The notes under the pieces are model-generated. The model was not told the origin of the DNA and made no database searches. It saw only the letters and a program-made list of their open reading frames with translations. A stretch of 64,000 bases of DNA, taken from assembly GCF_006345805.1 (NCBI RefSeq), contig NC_043007.1, positions 63,984,001-64,048,000 of the forward strand, read 5' to 3'. Positions 14,197-26,475 of the stretch are shown piece by piece. The position numbers and the translations under genes are program-made. Numbering within the stretch: position 1 is the first letter of the stretch; each line of letters opens with the position of its first letter. Source of the stretch: Octopus sinensis (Eukaryota).

Positions 14197-14319
14197 GAGG
14201 CTTTATTTCTCGAGGAATCACAGAAATTGTTGGTGAAAGTGCATGTGGTAAGACACAACTCTGCCTTCAGCTTAGTTTGATGTGTCAGCTACCTGAAGAA
14301 GCTGGAGGATTGGCTGGAG
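14197..14319 (+). CDS. XRCC3: Internal coding exon of a RAD51-paralogue DNA repair ATPase, best match XRCC3 (Walker A region)
   Basis: Polypyrimidine tract and acceptor tttttttcctaaacag, 123 nt, donor gttggt; phase 1-1. Translates (G)GFISRGITEIVGESACGKTQLCLQLSLMCQLPEEAGGLAG, with Walker A GESACGKT. The GITE..GES..GKTQLCLQL...QLP...GGL pattern fits XRCC3/spn-B better than RAD51B/C/D or RAD51/DMC1. Confidence 0.85.
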
Positions 14320-14411
14320 GTTGGTTCAATTTATGACATTAAATACACCACATTTGTGAGTACAAACAGGCAAAAAGTTCTCAATACACATTGTAGAGTC
14401 AGAAGCTTATG

Positions 14412-14645
14412 TGCTTCTTTATTACCCACAAGGGGCTAAACATAGAGGGGACAAACAAGGACAGACAAACGGATTAAGTCGATTACATTGACTCCAGTGC
14501 ATAACTGGTACTTAATTAATCGACCCCAAAAGGATGAAAGGCAAAGTCGACCTCAGCAGAATTTGAACTCAGAACATAACGGCAGACGAAATACGGCTAC
14601 GCATTTCACCCAGCGTGTTAATGGTTCTACCAGCTCACCACCTTA
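14412..14645 (-). mobile_element. Young SINE family B copy with 17-bp target-site duplication
   Basis: The body retains CpGs. Flanks are agagtcagaagcttatg (14395-14411) and agagtcaggagcttatg (14646-14662). Confidence 0.88.
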
Positions 14646-14753
14646 AGAGTCAGGAGCTTATGATCATCAGCTTCATTAACTTTAAATGCATTTATATCTT
14701 CTTTCTTATTTAAGATTTTCCAAGATGCAAGCTAAAAGGTCATAATGTCTTCA

Positions 14754-14980
14754 TTAACCCTTTAGCATCCAGATTATTTTGCCAAGTGTAATGCTTATTC
14801 ATTCACATTTTCTAAAATTAGTCATGTATTATCTCGTAGCTTTGAGATTTTGATGATATGATTGTTTAGTTTTAGAATGACATTTTAGGGAAGCATAAGA
14901 GTCTAGATCTGATTGATTTGAACATAAAACAGGTAGAATATTTTGGCTGAATATGGCCACTTTAAATGCTAAAGGGTTAA
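14754..14980. mobile_element. piggyBac-type MITE
   Basis: TTAA-ccctttagcat...atgctaaaggg-TTAA termini; a second copy lies at 59196-59423. Confidence 0.85.
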
Positions 14981-15512
14981 AACTAAGACAACATCTTATA
15001 AGTAAACTGTAGAAAATTCTAGCATTTTTTAATGACTCACTTATGGATTGAATTCTCAGAATTCATAAAGTACTGGAAGTTTTGAGATTATTGTGTGAAT
15101 ACTTGGAAACATATTTGCAAGTATAAATAACAACCTAGAATCAGAGCTTAGGCAAAGAAGGACTTACAGCAATTGCTCATCAACTTTTTCAGATCAAATA
15201 GCCATTCCAAACTGCTAACTTCCATAACTCTATGTGTTTTGATGTTGTCTTATTTTCTCATGTTTTAAATTATATCGTGTTCTTTAATGTATACATACAT
15301 GATTTTTACCCTTATTCTTTAAATATTATTCAACTATGAACCGACTTCTAAGTGACTGGTGAATGGCGACATTGTTACAACATCAGATAGATTGATTACC
15401 TTGATTTCATTCAAGCTCTCTGAATTCTGAGTTCATGTAGCACTGGGGTCAGCTTTGCTTTTCATCCTTTCGGAGTTGATAAATAAAATTTTAGCTATAT
15501 CCTAGGATTATT

Positions 15513-15684
<172 letters not shown>

Positions 15685-16639
15685 TTCTCATAGGTTCAGT
15701 GATTAACTCTGACTGTGGTTAAACCTAGAGAAGGAAGGGATCTGCCAGGTCTGAAAAAGTACCCAACACATATTGTATGTCATGACGGTTTGCCTTCAAC
15801 TCTCATTGGAGTTGAGGGCTCAAGTCAAGGCAACCCCTTGTTAAGTAGCAATATTTTCTGTCAAAATTCTGTAAATAAACCACCTGTAAAACCATATGCT
15901 ACATTTTAAAATAAATTTGAAAATATTTACTGTACTGCTTATGGAATATGTTTTCAGTAACCCAATTAAATTTATGATTTTCCCTGTGTGAGTTCTCTAT
16001 CTATTAAGACTACTACTTCAGCAACAAGCTAGCAAGGGAACCTCTGTATAGTTGTTTGACTTGCTAGAAATAGCAACTGAATTTCCTTCAGATCACACTC
16101 TGTTGTCTTCAAAAAAATGGAGTCACACTCCTGTAGCTGGTGATGAAATTGCTATGAATTTTCTGTTTTGTATGTGTGTGTGTTAATTCTCAATATCCTC
16201 ATCATTTAGCACTCAATTTTCCACTGTAGCATCTTTGCTTGGACAAATTTGAAAATATTTACTGTACTGCTTATGGAATATGTTTTCAGTAACCTGATTA
16301 AATTTATAATTTCCCCTGTGTGAGATCCCTATCTTTGTACTTCTGATCTCTTCTTTTCCTCAGTATAGCTCTACCACTGAGAAGACATCTCTTGACCAAC
16401 AAGGTGTCTCCATGAGATTTTTTAACCAAATCTTTCACAATCTACTGCCTTAGAAAAACAAAAGAGAACTCATTAGTCTAGATTAAAAATATAATAGAAT
16501 GGTTATCACAAGTCTGCTCTGTCAAAGATGGCCTGGTGTTAAACAACAACAACCTAAGTTTTTTTTTCAACCAGTATGCATCATTGATTCATTTCCTATA
16601 TATATTATATAGACACATACATTCACACACTCACACACA

Positions 16640-17125
16640 TATTGCCATTGTCGTTGTTTTAAGATCCACTTTTCCATACTTGCATGGGTCAGATGGACTT
16701 CATTAAGGCAGATTTTCTATGACCACATACCCTTCTTGTTGCCAACCTTCACTTGTTTTCAAGTGACGTAATTTTTCACCATGGCTGGACATGTTTTCGT
16801 GGAAGATTTGAAATGGTGTGCTTTATTTGTGTGATGTTGATGCTTGTTTATAACCACTATCACACGATGTCAAGACAAAGAAGCACAAGCAAACATGTAC
16901 GCATTCATGCACATGTGCATGCGCACACACACGCACACACACACATATCTATGTTCATATCCAATGGACTTCTTTCAGTTTCTATCTACCAAATCCACTC
17001 ACAAGGTTTGGTCAATCTGGGGCTATAGTAGAAGACACTTGCCCAAAATGTCACACAGTGGAACTGAACCTGAAACCATGTGGTTGGGAAGTGAACTTTT
17101 TAACCACACAGCCATACCTGTGCTT
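16640..17125 (-). mobile_element. SINE family A with RTE-type tail
   Basis: Minus-strand head aggtatggctgtgtggttaaaaagttcacttcccaacc; tail gaagggtatg...catgcaagtatggaaaagtgga. Confidence 0.8.
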
Positions 17126-18684
17126 ACCTCTGTCTGTACCTTTTATTAATTAATTTATTTATTTACATCAAATTAAACCTAGTCTAATGCAACTCATATA
17201 GTTCTCAGTTTCTGTTATTTTGCCAAAAATCTACATCTGTTCCATCATTACTGGTGAATCACCAGAAATAAACTACACTGGCTTATTAAAAGATTTGGTT
17301 TCTCTAAGGTGAAGTCAAATTGTAAAAATTGTTTCCTGAAAGAACATAACTCACCTAAGAATAAAATAAACAACAATCTATTACTTTTTATTTATTTTCC
17401 TATCTTTTTTTGAACTTTTTTTCTATTTTTTCCTTTATTTCACTCAAAATTAAATTCAGATGGAAAAGAGAAAGATAAAAAAAATAAAAGCTTGTCTGAA
17501 TATATAAACATAATTTTTGAGACATGTTAGTATTCTGTAAGAATGTTTATGCCACTTACACCTTTTTAATATTGTATGTGTGTTTATTTATGTAAGTAAA
17601 TATATGTTCTCACACAAACATTCATGTATCTTAATACACCAGCTACTCTCACACACGCACTTAAAAAGTTCCAGATTTCAGCTGCTGTGCAAAAGTTTCT
17701 TTCTCTCCCTCCTGCTCCTCTCTCTTTCTCGCTCTTCTCCTTCCCCTCTTTCTTTTGCTTTCGTATGTGTAGCTTCTCAATAAATCTATGATGATAGGTG
17801 TACGAGACATTTGAAGTATAGGAAACAATAGAATCTTGGCGGTAGTATTTTAAACTTAACATTACATACCATGAAGTCTATTCAAGTTTTGGAAATATTC
17901 CTCAACCAAAATCTGTGATCATATTTTCAACATTACTTATGGAAGCAATAATCTGCCAAAAAATTATTTAGGTGTAAACATCATCATCATTATTATCATC
18001 CTTGTCATCATCATCATCATCATCATCATCACCACCACCACCACCACAAACATCATCATCACGACAACCACCACTATCATTTTAACATCTGCTTTTTCCA
18101 TTCTAACATGAGTTATACAAGACTTACTGAGGCAATTTCCCTATGGCCAATGCCCTTCCTCACTTGTTTCCATGTAAACTGCTATTTCTCCTGATCTTTT
18201 GAATGACAAGCTGCTCAATAGTTGGGCATGCTTTTGTTGCAGATGTAAATAATTACAAGAAAACTGGAAGAAATACACTTACACTTACAGGCACATACAC
18301 ACATTATTTTTCTTTCTTTTTTTTTTATTTTTACAGTTTTTCCTGATGGTCCTTCATTGTACTCTTGCACCACATTTTATTGTATTTTTATATATAGTAA
18401 AATGTGGCACAAGAGGATGACAAAGGACCATCTGGGAAAATGAAAAATAAACCCCACATAAACATACTCATCCATCATCAGTCATTGATCAAAAATCATC
18501 ACGATTTTAACGCCTTATCAATAATATTGTTTAATTTGGTGGCATGAACAGTAAAATGTGAGAAAGAGAAGCAAAAACTGTAAAACCGTTGTACTTACAA
18601 GAATATACCAAATATGGTGGCTCTGATTTTAGAGGAATGCATATCAACTTATGTATGTTAACATAAAATAATGAAAAAGAAAAT

Positions 18685-20540
18685 TCTGTATGGCTTTGGG
18701 GTTAAGAAGATTGCTTTGCAACCATGTGGTTTTGGGTTGTGCCCCACTGCACAGCACCTCAGGCAAGTGTCTTCTCCTATAGCCCTGAGCTGACCAATGC
18801 CCTGTAAGTGAATTTGGTAAACAAAAACTGTACGGAAGCCTGTTGTATATATTTATATACATGTGACTATGTGTGTCTTTCTCTGTGTGTTTATCCCCCT
18901 TCCACTGTTTAACAATCAGTGTTGGTTTGTTTATATCCCTATAATTTAGTGGTTTGGCAATAGAACTGATAGAATAAGTACCAGACTTAAAAATAAGTAC
19001 TGGGATTGATTTGTTTGATTAAATCTTTCAAGGTGGTAATTCAACATGGCTGTTGTGCAATGGCTGCTGTCCAATGACTAAAATGAGTAAAAGGATAAAA
19101 AAAAAATCATATTTGCACAATGTAGTATATTTGATTGAATTGATTGCATTTTATTCTTGTATCTTATCAGTGAAATAATACCAGTGATGTACTGGTGTCA
19201 GTTCTGTTGACTATTCCCTTCAACTGTAAATTTGTAGACTGTATAGCTCAAGCATTCATAATTTTGCACTCTATTCTGGATATTGGGATGATACTACTTC
19301 AGATTTATATATTTACATGAGTGACTGAAGCAATTGTTTTTACAGTACACACTTACAAAGGGGAAATATGTTTAGATTTAAAGATGCCACAGGTGCAGAC
19401 ATGTCTGTGTAGTAAAATATTTGCTTCCCAACCACATGGTTTGGGATTTAGTCCCACTGCATGGAACTTTAGGCAAGCGTCTTCTATAGCCCCAAACCAA
19501 TCAAAGCCATATGAGTGAATTTGGTAGACAGAAACTGAAAGGAGCCCATTATGTGTGTGTGTTTTTATGTTTGTGTTTGTCCCCCACCATGGCTTGACAA
19601 CCAGGGTTGATTTGTCTGTGTCTCCTTCACTTGGCATTTCAACAAAAGAGATCAATAGAACAAGTACCAGGCTTTAAAAAAATAAGTACTGGAGTGGATT
19701 TGTTCAACTAAACCAGCATGGTCACAGTCCAATGACTGAAACAAGTAAAAAGAGATATTATTGTATTACATCTCAACTGAATCCACCACCTCCCACATTA
19801 GCATTGTTTTACATCACAGATTGAAATTTTGAAACTTAGCATTTGCTCAGTTTGTATTCCACTTGAATATTTTGATTTAAATTTTGCTAGTTTATGTTGT
19901 GAAATCTCTCCTTAATTATGTCCTGGTGCAACTAGTTTTAAGTAATCTATTTGTAATTTTCTTTATGATTTAGAATTCAAACAAATTATTGCTGGTTGAT
20001 TTTGATTGCATGGTAAATATGTTTACAATTTATACAAACCACTATTGTAAAGAAAATATATAAGAGAGAATAAAAATGTGAGAACTAGGTGCAAATATGA
20101 CTGTGTGGTAAGAATTTCCCAATCACATACTTCCAGGTTCAGTCTCCCTGCATGGCACCTTGGGCAAGTGTTTTCAACTATAATCCCAGACCAACTAAAG
20201 CCTTGTGCATGGATTTGGTAGACAAAAACTGAAAGAATCCCATTGTATGTATATGTATGTATCTACCTATGTATCTATTTATCTATCTGTCTGTCTCTCT
20301 GTCTCTCTATTTGTGTATGTCTTTGCAATTGTGTTTATCTCCCATCACCACTTGAAAACTGGTGTTAGTTTGTTAACATTCTCATAGCTTAGCAGTTCAG
20401 ATTAAGAGACTGAAAGAATAAGTACCAGGCTTTAAAAGAAAATAAGTACTGGGATTGATTCATTCAACTTAAACCCTTCATGTTGTTGCCCCAGCATGGA
20501 CACAGTCCAATAGCTGAAACAAGTAAAAGATAAAAATAGG
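18685..20540 (+). mobile_element. Three co-oriented SINE family A copies (about 18685-19105, 19390-19755, 20087-20540)
   Basis: Repeated head, gggcaagtgtcttct..tatagcc block, and tail gaataagtaccagg...agtactggg...gtccaatgactgaaacaagtaaaa. Confidence 0.85.
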
Positions 20541-21703
20541 CCAGCAGAACATTTTGATTCTCTGTCATATTTATTTGCATGATTTAGAGGAGGAATATGA
20601 ACATCTATATGCCATTGAAAAAATGGTTGCATTATCAACTAAGGATTTTCTATCTAGTTTTGAGAAAACCCACTCATCTAAGTAAAATCCATGTCCATGG
20701 CCAACCATCCCCTCCATTCTCCCTCCTGTACCTCTCTGCACACAATAAGTCCCGTAAATCCCTTCCCCACAACATATCCTCCTAATGCCTCATTCCTCTA
20801 CAAGCACACACTCATTACATCCTGCCTCCTCCAGCTCCCATTCTCTTTTTACAATCTTGCAAACTCACCCACCCACTCACCTTTTTCAGTCCCTGGTCCA
20901 CTTCACTATATGTACCGCCATTTAACTTGGGTGTACAGGGGCTCCCTGTCACATCTGCACCATCTTCTCTCTCTCTCTCTCTCTCTCTCTCCATCTGAGG
21001 TAACCATGTCTCTTCTAAGTCAAGACAACTTTGACACCTTTTCTGTCCCTCAGTACTACTCCCCACCAATTGAGTAGTCTTGTCTTGCAAATTACTTGAT
21101 GACCTCACTGGTGCTGGTACCACATAAAAAGCACCCAATACTCTCTGATATCAGGAAGGGCATTAAGCCATAGTAACCATGCCAAAACTAATAGCAGAGT
21201 TTAGTGCAGTCTTCTGACTTGCCAGATGATGATGAGGATTTGTGTGACGGTAAGTGCAAGTGACAACACATTCCTCCTATAAATAATTAAAATATAAAAA
21301 AAATAACTGGAAGATAAGTCAGAGTGTCTATATTTTTATCACAACACAACATCAAAAATTTACCCACAAATAATACTTCCTAGTTACAAACAAGCAACAA
21401 AAAAACACTCCTTGTTTGTTGAAAGTAAAACTGGAGTTAATAGTGGAAAGTTCAAACCCAGCAATAATGACATCATTAACACAGAAGCAGCAATCTCATG
21501 ATAACTACCCAGTTCATATAAAACCATACCATCCAACAGATGAGATCATCGAGGTCTAGAAATGTCAATGAACTTAGGAAAGCTGATACTCAAAACAAAC
21601 TGTGAAGATTTAAAACAAAAAAGAAAAATTCTAAATAAAAAAAATAGATACAGCTCATTTGTATTCTTAATATATTTAAATGAAAGTCTTTTATAGATAG
21701 ATA

Positions 21704-22716
21704 ACTTTCTTTATTGGCCACACAGAGGGAACAAATACAAATATAGAGCTTTTCTTTTCGAAAATGAAAAAGAAAAAGGAAAAAAGAGAAAAAAAAGTAA
21801 AATTCCAATCAAACGGGGTCGGGAAAAGGAAAAAATAGCTGATCAAAAGGGATTGTGTATCACAGAAGAAATTTTTAAAATGTAAGAAGCAAGATTAGGT
21901 TTATCCGTGGAAAGAAAAGCCTACGGAAAAGACCATGGTAACCTCAGGCAGGGAGAGAATAAACACATGAATGCAAAGTGCTCTCTCTCTCTCTTTTCGT
22001 CGCTCACACGCACCATCTTTGCTACATTCACCCACCTTTTTTTGAAACTTTCACAAGACAAACCTGCCTCTCTATTCTCACCTTCCTTTTCAAGTGGTAC
22101 TTGAAAAAGTTGATAAGCGATTGACCGAAGAGGTAAGTGTTTGTCTTTAATCCTTTTGCTCGAGTCCACCACACACATTCTTTCACCATAGCCACCAGTA
22201 CGATGAAGACTGCGTTGCCTTCCCGGTTGAGGGAAGGTGGCAAAGCAATTGTCACGATAGACTCGGCCAACAGGCAGACTCGTCCCACACATGACAGTAG
22301 CTGTTCGGCATAAGCCCACAGATTCAAAATGGTTGGACGCTGCACGAGTGTATGCAGAACGGTTTCATTGCTCTGACCGCATCTCAGGCAAGTCGGTCCA
22401 GTGTGTCTCGAACCGTGCTTGTAGAGCTTATCCTGAACAGGTAATGCTTCTCGATAGTACTGCCAGGCCAGAGATCTTTGGCGATTGTCCATAGGTCCTG
22501 GCCCGAAAGTCGTCCTGAACAGGCAGGTCAGGTGTTCCTCATTGACGCCCAGATTCTGCCTGAGAACGTCATCGCACCTCCCCTCCACTAATCCTCTATA
22601 GAACGCCTTTGTTGTAATGAAGTCACACAGTTTGGTCCCAGATGGCAGAGTTGCTTGAGAGCAATGCAACACTCGCAGTACCATTCGCCTAGCCTCAGCC
22701 TGTGTTTGATCCATGA
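21704..22716 (-). mobile_element. Tx1/L1-clade LINE 3' end (zf-RVT region plus 3' UTR), 5'-truncated
   Basis: ORF 22028..22714 contains LAWQYYREALPVQDKLYKHG...TCLRCGQSNETVLH. The 3' UTR ends tgtggccaataaagaaag next to (ATAG)n and is homologous to 44761-44985. Confidence 0.88.
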
Positions 22717-22725
22717 CTGTAGTTT

Positions 22726-22756
<31 letters not shown>

Positions 22757-22759
<3 letters not shown>

Positions 22760-24311
22760 CAGTTGAATAAAGTTAAAACATGGTCTGGGTTTCATGTATT
22801 TTATTATGGTATTTTAACATTAAAAAATATTTTGTAATGTTCATAAAGTTCAATTACTGCTTTCTTGTGTTTGGTAATAATCATCAGAACTATGGCATGA
22901 CCTTTAAAAGACATATAGAGGACACATGGAAAAGATACCTCAATGATTGTTTCCTAATTTGGACCAAATCCCTAGAAAATCTGGAAGAATTCATTACCCT
23001 CCTCAACAATCAGTACCCTAGTCTCAAATTCACAAGAGTACTCTAGTCTCAAATTCACAAGAGAAATGGGCAACACACAATTACCATTTCTTGGTAATTA
23101 AAAACAACACCATAATCACAATTGATATTTATCACAAAAGCACAGATACACACCAGTACCTAAATTTCAAATCATGCTATCCAATACACACAAATCGTAA
23201 TATCCTGTACTGTCTAGCCAGGAAAATGTGTACTATAGTAGATGATCCAAATACCAGAAACACACAACTTATAGAACTCAAAGGATTTCTGCTCAAGCAA
23301 AATTACCCTCTCCTACTTATAGAAAATAGCAAACAATGAGCAAAAGAGATACCTACAGAACAACTTAGGGCAACACAAAAAAGATGAACCCATCAGCAGA
23401 ATGCAATAGCAACACACAATCCGCATCACCAAAACATTTTTAACATCATCAAAACAAATTTGCCAATCATAAAACAAAGTGAAAAATTAAAGAAGATAAC
23501 TAATCAAACACTTATCTTAAGCAAAAGGCAACTACATAACCTAAATAATCTATTAACAAAGGTAAAATTCAACATGAACAAACAGGATAAGACATTCACA
23601 GTATCCAAGTATAATGATAATAGATGTGGAACATGTTAATATATACATACGGATAGATCCATTAGAACAAAATATGGACAGATTTTCACACATGCAGATA
23701 TGAACAGCAAAAGCAGAAATTTGGTCTACTGCATTAAATGCTCGAATTTCAAGGAAATATATATAGGCAAGATTAAGAATGCATTATTGGGACATTCACA
23801 AGTCGACAGATAACAAATCTGGCATGCCAATGTGTGCCAAATTCCATTGAGCAAACATATAGAAACATGTGGTCAGAAAATGTTTCTAATTTTACCTTTC
23901 CACAAACTAAATGACACAAGTGAGGTTGGAAGAAAGACAACTGAAAAACGGTTTTTCAAAATATTCAAACCTGTTCTGAAGGAAAATAACAACAATAATA
24001 TAACAACCAGTTAATGGTGTGAATTATAAAATATCTTTAACATATGAATATAAGCAAATTACAGAATATTGGTATGCCTTGCAAACAGTGATGTTTAACC
24101 TGCATGCAGATTGACCATAAATTCAGCTTGTTGGAGCATTCTAAGAGGTACTACAGTTGTCAAGAACTCAACTATCGGTTAAATACATTCACTACCAAAC
24201 ATATGAAAGCACTAATTGAACTTTACGAACATTACAAAATATCTTATAATGTTAAAATACCATAATAAGAAACATGAAAATCAGACCATGTTTTAACTTT
24301 ATTCAACTGAT
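22757..24311 (+). mobile_element. Penelope-like element relic (RT C-terminus plus GIY-YIG) bounded by inverted repeats of about 100 bp
   Basis: Fragments WKRYLNDCFLIW...LNNQYPSLKFT, IDIYHKSTDTHQYLNFKSCYP..NRNILYCLAR and SRNLVYCIKC...IYIG. 22757-22856 is the reverse complement of about 24212-24311. Confidence 0.88.
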
Positions 24312-24367
24312 TTATTATTCTACACACATTCACACTAATTTGTAAAAAGAAATATATATATATATGT

Positions 24368-24605
24368 AGTGGAGGCACGTGGGTTAGGGTGTCAGCATCA
24401 TGATCGTAAGATTGTGGTTTCGAATCCTGGACTGGGCGATACATTGTGTTCTTGGGCAAAACGCTTCATTTCATGTTGCTCCAGTCCACTCAGCTGGCAA
24501 AAATGAGTAATGCTGCGAAGGACTGGTGTCCCGTCCAGCTGGGGAACACGTATGCCATTGAAACCGGGCCCATGAGCCTGGCTAGGCTTTAAAAGGGCGC
24601 ATTTA
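24368..24605 (+). mobile_element. SINE family C copy inserted in (TA)n
   Basis: B-box-like ggtttcgaatcc; central block shared with 7224-7400; flanked by TA repeats. Confidence 0.75.
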
Positions 24606-24629
24606 TTTTTTATGCTATATATATATGTA

Positions 24630-24692
<63 letters not shown>

Positions 24693-24775
24693 TATATATA
24701 CATTCAAAGAAATAGAATACATACATAGAGTAATCAATCTATTACCATAGTCCAGTCAAATGAACAAGTTCATTT

Positions 24776-24878
24776 ATATTGACTCCACTGCATTTCAGCT
24801 AATTGCTATTATTCAATATTTGCACTTTTAATACGCATTAGGAAGTTGAAAAAGCAAAAAGCCTCCTCAGAGCATAAC
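24776..24878 (-). ncRNA. Hammerhead-ribozyme-like motif in left pseudo-LTR
   Basis: Minus strand: ttatgct-CTGAGGA-ggc...gct-GAAA-tgcagtgga-gtcaata. Core boxes intact; stems I and III eroded. Confidence 0.55.
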
Positions 24879-25588
24879 TGACTGATATTTTTCTCATCCT
24901 AATGTATATAGAGTTTATTCCAATTGAATTGTAGCATGTGCATCTGGGATTCTGTTCTAAAAATAACTAAAAGTTGATTTTTTTTACCTTACTGGACAAG
25001 GGATAGGCATAGTTCTGAAGAACTAGGTCATGTTACAATTCCACTCTTTTGGTAGTGCTGATGAACTTTTTACAAGTCTGCCACTACTTTTCATCCTAAT
25101 CAGTATGTCCATAACATATTCTTCTATGTCCTTATTCCACCTATTTGGCCAAATTAATTAACTATTTATGCTTACAAGCCTGCTCCTACATTTCATATTA
25201 TTCAGCATGTGCATAACATATTCATCTACGCCCTAATTATTGATAAAGTGAATCAAGGTATGTTTGTAATTGTTCCTTTTATTTATCTATTTTATTTCAG
25301 CAATATTATTTGCTTATTTTTGTAAAATTTATATTAGTTACTAGTAAACATAATTATTTATTCGTATATATTAGTTGTTAGGTTGGGTTCATACATATAT
25401 ATTTTTGTCTATTTAGTTTATAGTATAGATGCACAATTCACAGGTGTTATTTACATAGTGTTTATTTTAACCATACCAATTTAAATTTATTAAATGTATA
25501 TTTAACTTTGTGAATTATTCATAGGTATTATTTACAGTGTTTATCTTAACCATATCTACTTTAAATTTATTGAATGTATATTTCACTT

Positions 25589-26475
25589 TATGTGGTCTGA
25601 TCAATAAGTATCCAAACTGTTACCATAGTAACAATGCTAAAGCATGCAGAGTGAAGCTACTTGGCACAGATTGACCTTGAAATCTGCTGTGCATGTGCAC
25701 TAAGTTTTAATGTCCTAGCTCACTTCGGCTGTTTACAGCAGTGCTTGGAAAGAAGGTGTGTAGCATGTGATCATCGCATTGACCATGACAGAGAAAGTTG
25801 AGCAGAAAATTTGCATCAAATTTTGTCAAAAGCTTGGCAATATCTGCTCAGAGGCCTATGCAAAGTTTTCAAAAAGTTTTCATCGTTCTCAACATGATCA
25901 AGGAAATCTTCTGTAACTGAAACCCAGATGTCTTTTTGGTCATCTGAAAGCAGTTTTGGCACAAACTTGGCAGACACACATCTCATACCCAAATCTTCAA
26001 TGATAATGGACTGAACTGAACCATAACTAATCTATACATACTCTGATAACTTATGGATGGTGATTCGGCGATTTCCCCTCACAGCTGCACACACATCTGC
26101 GATATGTTTCTCAGTCCTGCTGGTTGTGGGTCTCCCAGAATGTTTGTCAATATCAACATATTTTCGGCCATCTTGGAAATGTCTGAACCACTCATACACT
26201 CATACACGTCTCTCCATACACTTTCTGGAACTTTGCATAGGTCTCTGAGCAGGTATCGCCATGATGGCTTTCTCTGTCATGGTCAATGCAATGATCATGC
26301 ATTATACACCTTCCTTCTGAGCACTGCTGTAAACAGCAAAAGTGAGCTAGAATGTTACAACTTAGTGCACATGCAGGCAGCGTTCATAGTCAATCTTTGC
26401 CAAGTGGCTTCACTCTGCATGCTTTAACTTTATTACTATGGCAACATTCTGGATGCTTATTGATCAAACTTCGTA
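25589..26475. mobile_element. Mariner-derived fold-back MITE (two inverted 5' ends) nested in the PLE
   Basis: TA-flanked termini tgtggtctgatcaataagtatcc / ggatgcttattgatcaaacttcg with arms over 200 bp. The + arm encodes MTEKVEQKICIKFCQKLG; the minus arm encodes YEWFRHFQDGR..SGRPTTS..NRRITI..LGMRCVSAKFVPKLLS. Confidence 0.88.
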
